A stretch of DNA of 64,000 bases from an uncultured Eubacterium sp. (GCA_964387345.1 CAYLWI010000001.1:47525-111524); one strand, 5' to 3'. Positions 51,444-61,783 are shown, counted from the stretch's first letter. Notes: generated by a model not told the origin, from the sequence alone. Made by a program: numbers and translations.

Positions 51444-52086
51444 TGGTTGTGATAAAACCGGTAAGGCCGGCCTGATCCAGCTTGCGGCGCAGCCGGGAGA
51501 CGTTGATGGTCAGTGTGTTTTCATCCACATAGCAGTCCGTTTCCCAGAGCTTTGTCATAAGGGTATCGCGGCTGACAATTTCCCCTTTATTCTCCATCAG
51601 TGTCTGGAGAATCCGGTAGTCATTTTTAGTCAGGGAGATCTTCTGATCCTGGTAAGAGAGAGTGGTGTCGCTCATATTCAGAATGGCTCCTCTGTGTTCC
51701 AGAAATGACGTTTTCTGCCCGAAATCATAAGTCCTGCGCAGAAGCGCCTGGATCTTGGCAGTCAGGACATCCAGATCAAAAGGTTTTGCAATGAAATCGT
51801 CGCCGCCCATATTCATGGCCATTACGATATTCATGTTGTCGGAAGCGGAGGAAATAAAAATCACCGGAACTCTGGAAATCTTACGGATTTCCGAGCACCA
51901 GTAATAGCCGTTAAAAAAGGGCAGCGAGATATCCAGGAGTACCAGGTGGGGATCAGAGGAAATGAAATCCTTCAGAACATTTCTGAAATCCTCCGCTGTA
52001 TTTACTTCCAGGTTCCAGACTTCAAGATGCTCTTTTATTTTCCGGGCAATCACCAGGTCATCTTCTACTAAAAAAATCTTATGCAT
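51406..52086 (-). CDS. BceR-like OmpR-family response regulator with altered C-terminus
   Basis: FLVEDD, LLDISLP, GGDDFIAKPF, NTLTINVSRLRRKL; ends RKGLPGAGSLPE instead of the usual KGxGY wing. Confidence 0.88.
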   Translation of the reverse strand: MHKIFLVEDDLVIARKIKEHLEVWNLEVNTAEDFRNVLKDFISSDPHLVLLDISLPFFNGYYWCSEIRKISRVPVIFISSASDNMNIVMAMNMGGDDFIAKPFDLDVLTAKIQALLRRTYDFGQKTSFLEHRGAILNMSDTTLSYQDQKISLTKNDYRILQTLMENKGEIVSRDTLMTKLWETDCYVDENTLTINVSRLRRKLDQAGLTGFITTRKGLPGAGSLPE

Positions 52087-52164
52087 AGTTACCATACCTC
52101 TTTTCAGTGTTTTATTATACTATTTCCTTGTAAAAATAGAAAGTGTCTTATGGCGAAAATGTGC

Positions 52165-52193
52165 TTGATGTTTCCGCACGGCTATGATAGAAT
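52165..52193 (+). promoter_or_regulatory. Sigma-A promoter of the pheST leader
   Basis: TTGATG-17-TAGAAT with TG extension. Confidence 0.65.
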
Positions 52194-52211
52194 AAATTCC
52201 GGTTTATAATG

Positions 52212-52520
52212 AAAAAGGCTGTGAAGATGTCAGTAGGCAGTCCTTCGGATTACAGAGAGGATATGTGAGGCGCTGAGAGCATATCTAAGGAAAGAGAACT
52301 GCTGAATTTCCCATCGGAGCTTCTGATCTGAACATATGGATGCCGTCTGTACCAGAAAGGGTTATTTTTATCCGGATATGGGGAGATGGAAATCAGAAGA
52401 GATAGTAGGATCAGACGTTGCCATGCACGTTACGCGTAAAAGAGCCCGGCTTCTGCCGGGAAAATGGGTGGTACCGCGGATATCAGACTTCGTCCCTTTG
52501 TGGATGAGGTTTTTTTGTTT
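52212..52520 (+). promoter_or_regulatory. Phe T-box riboswitch
   Basis: Stem I with AGTA, AGAGAG, GCTGAGA motifs; specifier GAA-T-TTC (52308-52310); T-box AAAATGGGTGGTACCGCG (52461-52478); terminator with T tract. Confidence 0.92.
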
Positions 52521-52613
52521 ATCCGGAAAATGGAAACCCTTTTAGAAGAATTTTATATGGACAGGAATCTGTCCGGAAATAATTTGCAGCCCAGGATGAG
52601 AGGAGAATCTGAA

Positions 52614-53633
52614 ATGGAAGAAAAGCTGAAAGAGATCAGAGAGCGGGCCCTGAAAGAAATCGAGAGCGCTGACGGACTTGCGAAGCTGAATGAAGTCAGG
52701 ATCGCGTACCTTGGAAAAAAAGGTGAACTGACCGCCGTATTAAAGGGTATGAAAAATGTCAGTCCCGGGGACCGTCCGAAGGTAGGACAGATGGTAAATG
52801 AGACCCGGACAGTGATTGAGGAGAAGCTGGAAGAGGCAAAGGCCCGGATGGAAGCGCTGGAGCTGGAGAAACGCCTGAAGGAAGAAGTGATAGACGTGAC
52901 TCTTCCCGCAAAGAGAAATAAAGTCGGACATGGACATCCCAATACCATTGCCCTGGAGGAAGTGGAGCGTATTTTTGTGGGAATGGGATATGAGGTTGTG
53001 GAAGGACCCGAGGTGGAATACGATTACTATAATTTTGAAGCGCTGAATATTCCTGCCAATCATCCCGCCAGGGACGAGCAGGATACCTTTTATATCAATG
53101 ACAGGATTGTGCTGCGGACACAGACCTCGCCGGTGCAGGTGCGCATGATGGAGCAGGGAAAGCTCCCCATCCGTATGATCGCGCCGGGCAGGGTATTCCG
53201 TTCCGATGAGGTGGACGCTACCCATTCTCCTTCTTTCCATCAGATTGAAGGCCTTGTCATTGATAAAAATATTACCTTTGCGGATCTGAAAGGAACACTG
53301 GAAGAATTCGCAAAGGAAATGTTTGGGCCGGAGACAAAAGTGAAATTCCGTCCCCATCATTTCCCCTTCACAGAACCCAGCGCCGAGGTGGATGTGACTT
53401 GCTTTAAATGCGGCGGAAAGGGCTGCCGGTTCTGTAAAGGAGAGGGATGGATCGAAATACTCGGCTGCGGTATGGTCCACCCCCACGTACTGGAAATGAG
53501 CGGCATAGATCCCAAAGAATACAGCGGTTTCGCGTTTGGCGTAGGTCTGGAACGTATCGCCCTTCTGAAATATGAGATCGACGATATGCGCCTTCTCTAC
53601 GAAAACGACGACAGATTCCTGAAGCAGTTTTAG
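52614..53633 (+). CDS. pheS: Phenylalanine--tRNA ligase alpha subunit
   Basis: [50 protein letters not shown]. Confidence 0.98.
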   Translation: MEEKLKEIRERALKEIESADGLAKLNEVRIAYLGKKGELTAVLKGMKNVSPGDRPKVGQMVNETRTVIEEKLEEAKARMEALELEKRLKEEVIDVTLPAKRNKVGHGHPNTIALEEVERIFVGMGYEVVEGPEVEYDYYNFEALNIPANHPARDEQDTFYINDRIVLRTQTSPVQVRMMEQGKLPIRMIAPGRVFRSDEVDATHSPSFHQIEGLVIDKNITFADLKGTLEEFAKEMFGPETKVKFRPHHFPFTEPSAEVDVTCFKCGGKGCRFCKGEGWIEILGCGMVHPHVLEMSGIDPKEYSGFAFGVGLERIALLKYEIDDMRLLYENDDRFLKQF

Positions 53634-53753
53634 CGTCAGCATGGAGAAGTCAGTTATGGATTCCATACGGGAAAATCTGATTATAACCGTATGGAACCAG
53701 GAAAAGCAGATTGTGATGACAATATAGAAGAAAGAAAAACGAGGAGATCAATT

Positions 53754-56171
53754 ATGGTTACATCTTTAAAGTGGATCAAAGCATATGTGCCGGATCTGGA
53801 TGTGGAGCCCCAGGAATATATGGACGCCATGACCCTTTCCGGCTCGAAGGTAGAAGGATATAAAAGAATGGATGAGGATCTGGATAAGATCGTGATCGGA
53901 CAGGTGCTTTCCATTGAAAAACATCCCGACGCGGACAAGCTGGTGGTCTGCCAGGTAAATGCAGGGGAAGAGACGATCCAGATTGTGACCGGAGCGCCCA
54001 ATGTATCTGAGGGAGCAAAGGTGATTGTAGTGCTGGACGGCGGCCGTGTGGCAGGAACCCATGCAGATGGGAAAACAGTTCCCGGCGGTGTGAAAATCAA
54101 GGCCGGGAAACTCCGGGGAGTGCCGTCCTGTGGTATGATGTGTTCTATTGAGGAGCTGGGATCCAGCACAGATATGTATCCGGACGCAGATCCGGACGGG
54201 CTTTATATTCTTCCGGAGGACGCTCCTGTGGGAGAGAGCGCGGTTGCGTATCTGGGCCTGGATGATGTTGTCGTAGAATACGAAATCACGTCCAACCGTG
54301 TGGACTGTTTTTCTGTACTGGGAATTGCCAGGGAGGCTGCGGCTACGTTTGACAAAGCATTTGTTCCGCCTGTAGTGACAGAGACAGGAAATAATGAGGA
54401 CGTCAATGATTATATTAAGGTAACGGTGGAAGATCCGGAGCTCTGCCCCCGGTATACAGCCAGGGTAGTGAAAAATATTAAGCTGGCGCCTTCGCCGGAA
54501 TGGATGCAGAGACGGCTTGCCGCCCATGGAATCCGCCCCATCAACAATATTGTTGATATTACAAACTACGTGATGGAAGAGTATGGTCAGCCTATGCACG
54601 CCTATGACATGGATACCATAGCAGGCCGGGAAATCCGTGTGCGCCGGGCGTCCCAGGGGGAGAAGTTTATCACTCTGGACGGACAGGAGCGTACTCTGGA
54701 TGACAGTGTTCTGATGATCTGCGATGGAGAAAAGCCGGTAGGTCTTGCGGGAATCATGGGCGGAGAAAATTCCATGATTACCGATCACGTTCACACCATG
54801 CTGTTTGAGGCGGCCTGCTTTGACGGAACAAATATCCGTCTGTCCAGCAAAAAAGTGGGACTGCGCACGGATGCTTCTTCCAAGTTTGAGAAGGGGCTGG
54901 ATCCCAACAATGCCATGGAGGCCATGAACCGCGCCTGCCAGCTTGTGGAAGAACTGGGCGCCGGAGAAGTCGTAGGCGGCGCTGTAGATGTTTACAGCAG
55001 ACCCATGAAGGGACACCGGATTCCCTTTGATCCGGACTGGATTAACAGTCTGCTGGGAACCGGTATTGATGAAGCGACTATGCTTGGCTATTTTAAGAAA
55101 ATAGATCTGGATTTCGATCCGGAGACCAGAGAAGTAGTTGCTCCTTCCTGGAGACAGGATCTGATCCGTGATGCGGATATTGCGGAGGAAGTGGCGAGAT
55201 TTTACGGGTATGACAATATTCCCACCACGCTTCCCCATGCATCCACCACAGGAAAGCTTTCCTATAAGCTGCGGATCGAGGAGGTCGCCCGGGAGGTGGC
55301 GCAGTTCTGCGGTTTCTCACAGGCAATGACCTACTCCTTTGAGAGTCCGAAGGTGTATGATAAACTGCGGATTCCGGCTGACAGTTCTCTGCGCCGGGCA
55401 GTTGTGATTTCCAATCCCCTGGGAGAGGATTTCAGTATCATGCGTACCGTTTCCCTTAATGGAATGCTGACTTCGCTGGCAACCAATTATAACCGGAGAA
55501 ATAAAGATGTACGCCTTTATGAGCTGGGAAATATTTATCTGCCGAAGCAGGTTCCGGTTACGGAGCTTCCCGAGGAGAGAATGCAGTTTACCCTGGGATT
55601 TTACGGCGAGGGCGATTTCTTTACCATGAAGGGCGTAATCGAGGAATTCCTGGCTGCTGCCGGGATGAACCTGAAGCCGTCCTATGATCCGGAAGCAGAT
55701 CTTCCTTTTATGCATCCGGGCCGGAAGGCGTCGGTTGTTTATGACGGACAGGTCGTTGGATATCTGGGAGAAATCCATCCTGTGGTCGCGGCTGATTATG
55801 AAATCAAAGAAAGAGTATATGTGGCCGTCCTTGATATGCCGGAGATCGTGAAGCGGGCAGCTTTTGACCGGAAATATGAGGGGATTGCCAGATTCCCGGC
55901 GGTTTCCCGTGATTTGTCCATGGTAGTGCCGAAACAGATTCTGGCGGGAGAGATTGAAGCCGTTCTGGCCCAGAGAGGCGGAAAAATGCTGGAGTCCTAT
56001 GAACTGTTCGATATTTATGAGGGCGAGCAGATCAAAGAGGGATACAAATCCCTGGCTTATAAGCTGACTTTCCGTCTGAAGGACCGTACACTGGAGGAGA
56101 GCGATATCACCTCTGTGATGAAGAAAATCATGAACGGACTGGACCGGATGGGAATTGAGCTGAGGCAGTAA
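53754..56171 (+). CDS. pheT: Phenylalanine--tRNA ligase beta subunit
   Basis: HPDADKL, TSNRVD, NNIVDITNYVM, DIAEEVARFYGY, RFPAVSRDLS. Confidence 0.97.
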   Translation: MVTSLKWIKAYVPDLDVEPQEYMDAMTLSGSKVEGYKRMDEDLDKIVIGQVLSIEKHPDADKLVVCQVNAGEETIQIVTGAPNVSEGAKVIVVLDGGRVAGTHADGKTVPGGVKIKAGKLRGVPSCGMMCSIEELGSSTDMYPDADPDGLYILPEDAPVGESAVAYLGLDDVVVEYEITSNRVDCFSVLGIAREAAATFDKAFVPPVVTETGNNEDVNDYIKVTVEDPELCPRYTARVVKNIKLAPSPEWMQRRLAAHGIRPINNIVDITNYVMEEYGQPMHAYDMDTIAGREIRVRRASQGEKFITLDGQERTLDDSVLMICDGEKPVGLAGIMGGENSMITDHVHTMLFEAACFDGTNIRLSSKKVGLRTDASSKFEKGLDPNNAMEAMNRACQLVEELGAGEVVGGAVDVYSRPMKGHRIPFDPDWINSLLGTGIDEATMLGYFKKIDLDFDPETREVVAPSWRQDLIRDADIAEEVARFYGYDNIPTTLPHASTTGKLSYKLRIEEVAREVAQFCGFSQAMTYSFESPKVYDKLRIPADSSLRRAVVISNPLGEDFSIMRTVSLNGMLTSLATNYNRRNKDVRLYELGNIYLPKQVPVTELPEERMQFTLGFYGEGDFFTMKGVIEEFLAAAGMNLKPSYDPEADLPFMHPGRKASVVYDGQVVGYLGEIHPVVAADYEIKERVYVAVLDMPEIVKRAAFDRKYEGIARFPAVSRDLSMVVPKQILAGEIEAVLAQRGGKMLESYELFDIYEGEQIKEGYKSLAYKLTFRLKDRTLEESDITSVMKKIMNGLDRMGIELRQ

Positions 56172-56180
56172 GGAGCAGTC

Positions 56181-57206
56181 ATGAAAACAAGCGATTTTTA
56201 TTTTGACCTTCCCCAGGAGCAGATCGCCCAGGATCCCCTGGAGGACCGGTCTTCCTCCCGGCTTCTGGTTCTGGATAAGAAAACCGGGGAATATGAGCAC
56301 CGGATCTTCCGGGATATTGTGGATTATTTAAAGCCCGGCGACTGCCTGGTACTGAACAATACAAAAGTAATTCCCGCCCGTCTTCACGGGGAGAAAGAGG
56401 GAACCGGGGCCCATATCGAAATTCTTCTGCTGAAGCGGCGGGAGAATGATATCTGGGAGACCCTGGTGAAGCCGGGAAAAAAAGCAAAGCCCGGAACAAA
56501 GATCCTGTTTGGCGGCGGCCTTCTGACCGGGGAGGTTCTTGAAGTAGTAGAAGAGGGCAACCGGCTGATCCGGTTTTCCTATGAGGGGATTTTTGAGGAG
56601 ATCCTGGACCAGCTGGGGCAGATGCCCCTTCCGCCTTACATTACCCACCAGCTGAAGGACAAAAACCGCTATCAGACAGTTTACGCAAAATATGACGGTT
56701 CCGCGGCGGCGCCTACGGCAGGGCTTCACTTTACGCCGGAACTGCTGGAGCAGGTGCGGGAGATGGGCGTGGAAATTGCCGAGGTCACACTCCATGTGGG
56801 ACTGGGAACCTTTCGTCCTGTAAAGGTGGAGAATGTTCTGGAGCATCATATGCATTCCGAGTTTTACATGATTGATGAGGATGCCGCAGAGAAAATTAAC
56901 CGGACAAAAGAAAACGGCGGGCGTGTGATCTGCGTGGGAACCACCAGCTGCCGTACCATTGAATCTGCGGCGGATGAAAAGGGACATATCCGGCCTGTAA
57001 GCGGATGGACTGATATTTTTATCTATCCGGGTTATCAGTTCAGGGTGCTGGACTGCCTGATTACCAACTTTCATCTTCCGGAATCCACCCTTCTGATGCT
57101 GGTTTCCGCGCTGGCAGGGCGGGAGTATATTCTGGCGGCTTATGAAGAAGCGGTGAAGCAGGGATATCGTTTCTTCTCTTTTGGGGATGCCATGTTCATT
57201 AAATGA
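56181..57206 (+). CDS. queA: tRNA preQ1 S-adenosylmethionine ribosyltransferase-isomerase
   Basis: [59 protein letters not shown]. Confidence 0.98.
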   Translation: MKTSDFYFDLPQEQIAQDPLEDRSSSRLLVLDKKTGEYEHRIFRDIVDYLKPGDCLVLNNTKVIPARLHGEKEGTGAHIEILLLKRRENDIWETLVKPGKKAKPGTKILFGGGLLTGEVLEVVEEGNRLIRFSYEGIFEEILDQLGQMPLPPYITHQLKDKNRYQTVYAKYDGSAAAPTAGLHFTPELLEQVREMGVEIAEVTLHVGLGTFRPVKVENVLEHHMHSEFYMIDEDAAEKINRTKENGGRVICVGTTSCRTIESAADEKGHIRPVSGWTDIFIYPGYQFRVLDCLITNFHLPESTLLMLVSALAGREYILAAYEEAVKQGYRFFSFGDAMFIK

Positions 57207-57217
57207 TTTGTATATAA

Positions 57218-57251
57218 GGAAAACCCTGGAGTACGATCTCCGGGGTTTTCC
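57218..57251 (+). terminator. Hairpin after queA
   Basis: GGAAAACCCTGGAG-TACGAT-CTCCGGGGTTTTCC. Confidence 0.65.
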
Positions 57252-57409
57252 TCTGCCATCTGGCCTGAAATACTCATATCATTTAGCCTGTTGCCGGAAC
57301 TTTACAAAACACATCTGATGCTGGGAGATGCGCCTGAACGGATTAAAAAATTTACTGCCCGGGAAAAGCATCCCTCCCATATCTGCTTCCCGTGATCCGG
57401 TAAACAAAA

Positions 57410-57458
57410 GGGAACTGTTGCAAAATAGATGAGTAATCTATAGTGCAACAGCTCTCCT
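57410..57458. repeat. CTGTTGCA...TGCAACAG palindromic element between convergent genes
   Basis: GGGAACTGTTGCAAAATAGAT-GAGTA-ATCTATAGTGCAACAGCTCTCC, flanked by A and T runs. Confidence 0.55.
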
Positions 57459-57513
57459 TTTTAATATCTGAAAGGCAGACAATAAAACCGGCTATGGGAT
57501 GACGGCAGTCCGA

Positions 57514-58788
57514 TCAGCAGAAAAACTCCTGCATTGCCCGGATCATGTACGCGGTATCTTTCGTTCCGGCGGTTTCATAAGGCGAGTGCATGGCCAGCTG
57601 GGGCAGACCGATGTCCACGGTGCGGAGAGCCACCTTTGTATTGGAGATATTTCCCAGGGTGGAGCCGCCCGCCATATCGGAGCGATTAACAAAGGTCTGG
57701 ACAGGGACGCCGGCCTTTTGGCAGATGTCCCGGAACATGGCGGCGGAAACGCCATCGGTACAGTATCTCTGGTTCGCGTTGAATTTGATTACAATTCCCC
57801 CGTTCAGATATGGGCGGTTGGATACATCTGTCTTGTCTGTATGGTTCGGATGAACGGCATGGGCATTGTCGGCGGAAAGCATGAGACTGTCCGCCAGATG
57901 GATCAGGTAATCCTCCCGGCTGTATCCCAGACAGTCATGGACTCTGGTCAGCGTGTCATAGAGAAAGGTGGATGCCGCTCCCTGTCTGGTGCTGCTGCCG
58001 ACCTCCTCATTGTCCAGTACACAGTGAACTGCCATATAATCTTCTTTTTTCCCTTCCAGAAAACCCCGCAGGGAAGCAAAAGCGCATTGCAGGTCATCCA
58101 GACGGCCGCTGGAAATAAATTCTCCGGATGCGCCCCAGATGCTGGCCGGCTGCCGGTTGTAAAGGAAAAGGTCATGGCCGAGGATTTCCTCTTCACGGAC
58201 GCCTGCCGCCCCGGCAATCTGTCTGAAAAAACTTCCTTTTGCGGTAATATCACCGTACAGGGGCAGCATATCCTTCTGCGCATTGTATTTGTAGCCGTTA
58301 TTGATCTCCCGGTTCATATGGATAGCCAGATTGGGGATCAGCAGAAGATCCCGGTCTGCATCAGCCAGAACGGAACGCAGTTCCCCGGAGACGGCGTCTT
58401 TTACAATGACTCTTCCGGCTACCGAAAGAGGCCGGTCAAACCAGGGCGCGCAGAGCATTCCGCCATAGGGTTCCACATTCAGTTTCACATAATGTCCTTC
58501 CACTTCCAGTTCCGGGTTCTCTTTGATTTTGTAGGCAGGGGAATCACTGTGGCTGGCCGCGATGCGCATACCTTTCATATCCTGTGCGGGAACGGTAAAG
58601 GCGATCAGGGAAGAGCCGTTTCTTGTGACAAAATAGCTTCCGCCCAGAACAACGTTCCATTTCTGGTTTTCTTTCAGCTCCATAAAACCCTGTCCGGCGA
58701 GCTGGTCTGCCATGGTCTGTACGGCATGGAATGGAGAAGGACATCTCCGGATAAATTCTGCAAGCTGTTCTGATAGTTTTCTGTACAT
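57514..58788 (-). CDS. M18-family (aspartyl) aminopeptidase
   Basis: SHSDSP, GRLDDL, DNEEVGS, SADNAHA, GGSTLG, AMHS. Confidence 0.93.
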   Translation of the reverse strand: MYRKLSEQLAEFIRRCPSPFHAVQTMADQLAGQGFMELKENQKWNVVLGGSYFVTRNGSSLIAFTVPAQDMKGMRIAASHSDSPAYKIKENPELEVEGHYVKLNVEPYGGMLCAPWFDRPLSVAGRVIVKDAVSGELRSVLADADRDLLLIPNLAIHMNREINNGYKYNAQKDMLPLYGDITAKGSFFRQIAGAAGVREEEILGHDLFLYNRQPASIWGASGEFISSGRLDDLQCAFASLRGFLEGKKEDYMAVHCVLDNEEVGSSTRQGAASTFLYDTLTRVHDCLGYSREDYLIHLADSLMLSADNAHAVHPNHTDKTDVSNRPYLNGGIVIKFNANQRYCTDGVSAAMFRDICQKAGVPVQTFVNRSDMAGGSTLGNISNTKVALRTVDIGLPQLAMHSPYETAGTKDTAYMIRAMQEFFC

Positions 58789-58845
58789 AAGGTACCCTCC
58801 TTGTTTCAGTGATGCCGGGAATACAGGGATTCCGTCAGCGTTTTC

Positions 58846-60258
58846 TCAGGAACGGTTTCTGCCTCTGCGCGCGATCCGGGGCATAATAAAACCAAGACCA
58901 ATCAGTACAAAAGGCGTAATGATATTCAGGATTAACTGGAATCTGTCTTCAGAATAAATACCGAGGATGCAGGCAAATGCTGTGACAAAGAAGCACCAGC
59001 CGCCGATCAGCATACCGGGAATCCGTCTCCTGGCGAACTGGTACTCGGCAGTAAATTTATCACCCAGACGCTTCAGCGCGATATATGCGGCGAACACCCA
59101 GAGATAACGAAGGGGCATACATACGGAATTTACTTTTACCAGCCATTTTACCAGGGCGTCTACATTTTCGATTCCGAATACCGGAACAATGATCAGGATG
59201 GAAACAATAACCAGGATCAGTTTGTGTCCGTTGGTGTAAGTGCCGTATTTATTCTTTTTAAACAGCGCTTTCGGAATATATTTTTCATCTGCGCTGTCTA
59301 ACAGCATCCGAAGCGGGGCGTCGATAGACAGGACCATGACGGAAAACTGGCTGATCAGGTTTACAATGGCGTAAATGACAACAAACAGATCACCCACATG
59401 ATAGTATTCGCCCAGCATCTGGAATGCGTAGTAAGCGCCGTTGGTCATCAGGTCCTCCGGGATATTGTCAGAATCGAACATCATTCCCAGAGCAATTGTT
59501 CCCAGCATGGCGCAGACTGCCACCATGGCGGCCAGGGTAATCATACCCCGGGAAAAATCCTTTGCCGGATTTTTTGTTTTATTTACATAGGGAGAAAGCT
59601 TCTCGCAGCCGCCCACTGCAAATACAAGGATAGAAAGGCTCAGAAAGAAATTGCCGTCGAAGGCAGGCATAAAAGTATCCAGGGACCAGTCTATTTTCAG
59701 TACATCCGCGTCAGTAATGCCGGGAGCGGCAATCATCATGACAATGAAAAGCAATGACATAACGAACATGGTGGAACCCGCGATTGCGGTCAGTTTTTTG
59801 AGAACGCCCAGCCCTCTGGATGCGATCCATACGGCAAATAAAAACAGAACCAGACAGATAACCGCCATCAGCTGTACATTCATCTCGCTGGCTCTGGCAT
59901 CACGGAAAACGGCCCAGCTGGCGGCGATAACAGAAGAGTTCGGCTTCTGGGAAATATAGGGCATATGTACGATCCAGTAGGTCCATCCGGCCATATAGGC
60001 CATTCCGGGGCTTATGGTGCGCCGGATCCAGGAGCTGACGCCTCCGTCTTCGTTTTTAAAGGTGCTTCCCAGCTCGCCCACCATCAGGGCGTAGGGAATA
60101 AAGTAGACGGCAAAAAGGAGCAGCCAGGATACGATTGCTTTTAAGCCTCCGTATTCGGAAAAGCCATTGATAACATTTCCAAATCCCCAGACGGTGGAAA
60201 AGGCCATAAATGCCAGATTGTACCAGAGGATCTTTTTTTCATTTTGTGAGTTGTTCAT
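58846..60258 (-). CDS. APC-superfamily amino acid permease (YjeM-like)
   Basis: AFSTVWGFGNV, ELGS...GGVSSW, FAVGGCE; about 12 TM segments. Confidence 0.88.
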   Translation of the reverse strand: MNNSQNEKKILWYNLAFMAFSTVWGFGNVINGFSEYGGLKAIVSWLLLFAVYFIPYALMVGELGSTFKNEDGGVSSWIRRTISPGMAYMAGWTYWIVHMPYISQKPNSSVIAASWAVFRDARASEMNVQLMAVICLVLFLFAVWIASRGLGVLKKLTAIAGSTMFVMSLLFIVMMIAAPGITDADVLKIDWSLDTFMPAFDGNFFLSLSILVFAVGGCEKLSPYVNKTKNPAKDFSRGMITLAAMVAVCAMLGTIALGMMFDSDNIPEDLMTNGAYYAFQMLGEYYHVGDLFVVIYAIVNLISQFSVMVLSIDAPLRMLLDSADEKYIPKALFKKNKYGTYTNGHKLILVIVSILIIVPVFGIENVDALVKWLVKVNSVCMPLRYLWVFAAYIALKRLGDKFTAEYQFARRRIPGMLIGGWCFFVTAFACILGIYSEDRFQLILNIITPFVLIGLGFIMPRIARRGRNRS

Positions 60259-60468
60259 AACAGTTCTCCTCTCAAATCAGTATATACAGCTGAATTTTAT
60301 TAATTCAGACAACTGATCCATTTTATCTGTTTCCCCTGCAGAATGTCAAGAAAAATGTGCTTAAACTGGCATGGCGGTAGTAACAGTGTTATTGTTCACA
60401 GTAACGTAACAGCGGAGGAGAACCGCAGCATATCTGGCAGATGCGTAAACTTATCAGACAAGATACGG

Positions 60469-60499
60469 ACAGCTGGCAGAAATGATGCCTGCCAGCTGT
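60469..60499. repeat. Perfect inverted repeat downstream of tyrA without a U tract
   Basis: ACAGCTGGCAG-AAATGATGC-CTGCCAGCTGT. Confidence 0.55.
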
Positions 60500-60515
60500 G
60501 ATGTGTGATGCCTGT

Positions 60516-61616
60516 TTACTTTTCATAGATCGTATAATGATGTTTCTTTAACAGCTCCACTGACTTTTCGTAGGTGTCCTGATCATAAAATTCCACCTGC
60601 AGGACTCCCTGCTGGAATTCCCGGTTGTGGATAATACCGATATTTTTAATACTGATGCCGTTGGTGGCCAGAATCGTTGCCACGGTGGCGATCCCTCCGG
60701 CTTCATCAATCAGATCCAGAAACAGCTGGTAAACCGGATGGAGCGCGCCTTTGTGGGAAATATTGAAGGAATCCCGGTATTCCTTGGCGGAACTGAAGAA
60801 CTGTCTGATTTCCTTCTCATGTCCTCCGGCGATGGTATCCCGGGTTCCCTTCAGCGCCTCCATATAAAGATCAATCAGATGGATAATCTGGTTTCTGTTG
60901 GCAATGCAGATATTTTCCCACATGGTAGGATCAGAGGAAGCCACCCTTGTGATATCCTTGAAGCCTCCGGCCGCGATGGTACGCAGGGTTTCATTGTCGT
61001 CATCCAGGTTTTTCACCAGACTGACCAGCGTAGAAGCGATTACCGTAGGCAGATGACTGATGGACCCCACAGAAAAATCATGTTTTTTGTAATCCAGAAT
61101 CAGGGGCAGGGCGTCGATGCTTTTTACAAAAGATTCAAATTCTGCTATTTTGGAACAGGGAACCGTTTCTGTGGGGGTGAGAAGATAAAAAGCATTTTCC
61201 AGCATGTAGGGAGTAGAGTATTCGTAGCCCACATGTTCAGTGCCGCACATGGGATGACCGCCGATAAAATGTTTCTCCAGTTCCGGATATTGGCGGATGT
61301 TTTCATGGATCCGGTTCTTTACGCTCCCTACGTCGGTCAGAAGCATATCATCGTGAAGAATGCCGGACAGAGTCCGGACGTAATCATTATTATTTAAAAC
61401 AGGAGCGCACAGATAAATATAATCGCAGTCTGCGAATTCCTCTGTGACGCCGCTGCATTCTTTTGAAATAACGCCCTCCGCAAGAGCCATGTCAAGTGTT
61501 TCGCGGCTGATATCGTAAGCAATCATCTCAATCTGCGGGTGTATGCGGTGAATGGTTTTCGCGACAGAGCCTCCGATATGTCCCAGGCCGATAAAGCCGA
61601 TTTTTTCCGGAATCAT
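60516..61616 (-). CDS. tyrA: Prephenate dehydrogenase with C-terminal ACT domain
   Basis: IGLGHIGGS, TDVGSVK, FIGGHPM, SHLP, GGFKDITRVASS, ACT tail SIKNIGIIHNRE. Confidence 0.93.
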   Translation of the reverse strand: MIPEKIGFIGLGHIGGSVAKTIHRIHPQIEMIAYDISRETLDMALAEGVISKECSGVTEEFADCDYIYLCAPVLNNNDYVRTLSGILHDDMLLTDVGSVKNRIHENIRQYPELEKHFIGGHPMCGTEHVGYEYSTPYMLENAFYLLTPTETVPCSKIAEFESFVKSIDALPLILDYKKHDFSVGSISHLPTVIASTLVSLVKNLDDDNETLRTIAAGGFKDITRVASSDPTMWENICIANRNQIIHLIDLYMEALKGTRDTIAGGHEKEIRQFFSSAKEYRDSFNISHKGALHPVYQLFLDLIDEAGGIATVATILATNGISIKNIGIIHNREFQQGVLQVEFYDQDTYEKSVELLKKHHYTIYEK

Positions 61617-61666
61617 AATATACTCCCCCTTGTCTGCTTGAAATTAATATATAACCGATTGCAAAG

Positions 61667-61695
61667 ATCATAACGCTTTTTGAAGGGAAAGTCAA
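61667..61695 (-). promoter_or_regulatory. Sigma-A promoter of tyrA
   Basis: TTGACT-17-TATGAT on the minus strand. Confidence 0.7.
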
Positions 61696-61783
61696 CACTT
61701 TAACGTGCGAAAGCCGACCGGCTTTTGAAGCTGTGCGGATAATACGGATTTTAAAAAAATATGCACATCGTAAATGCAATATA

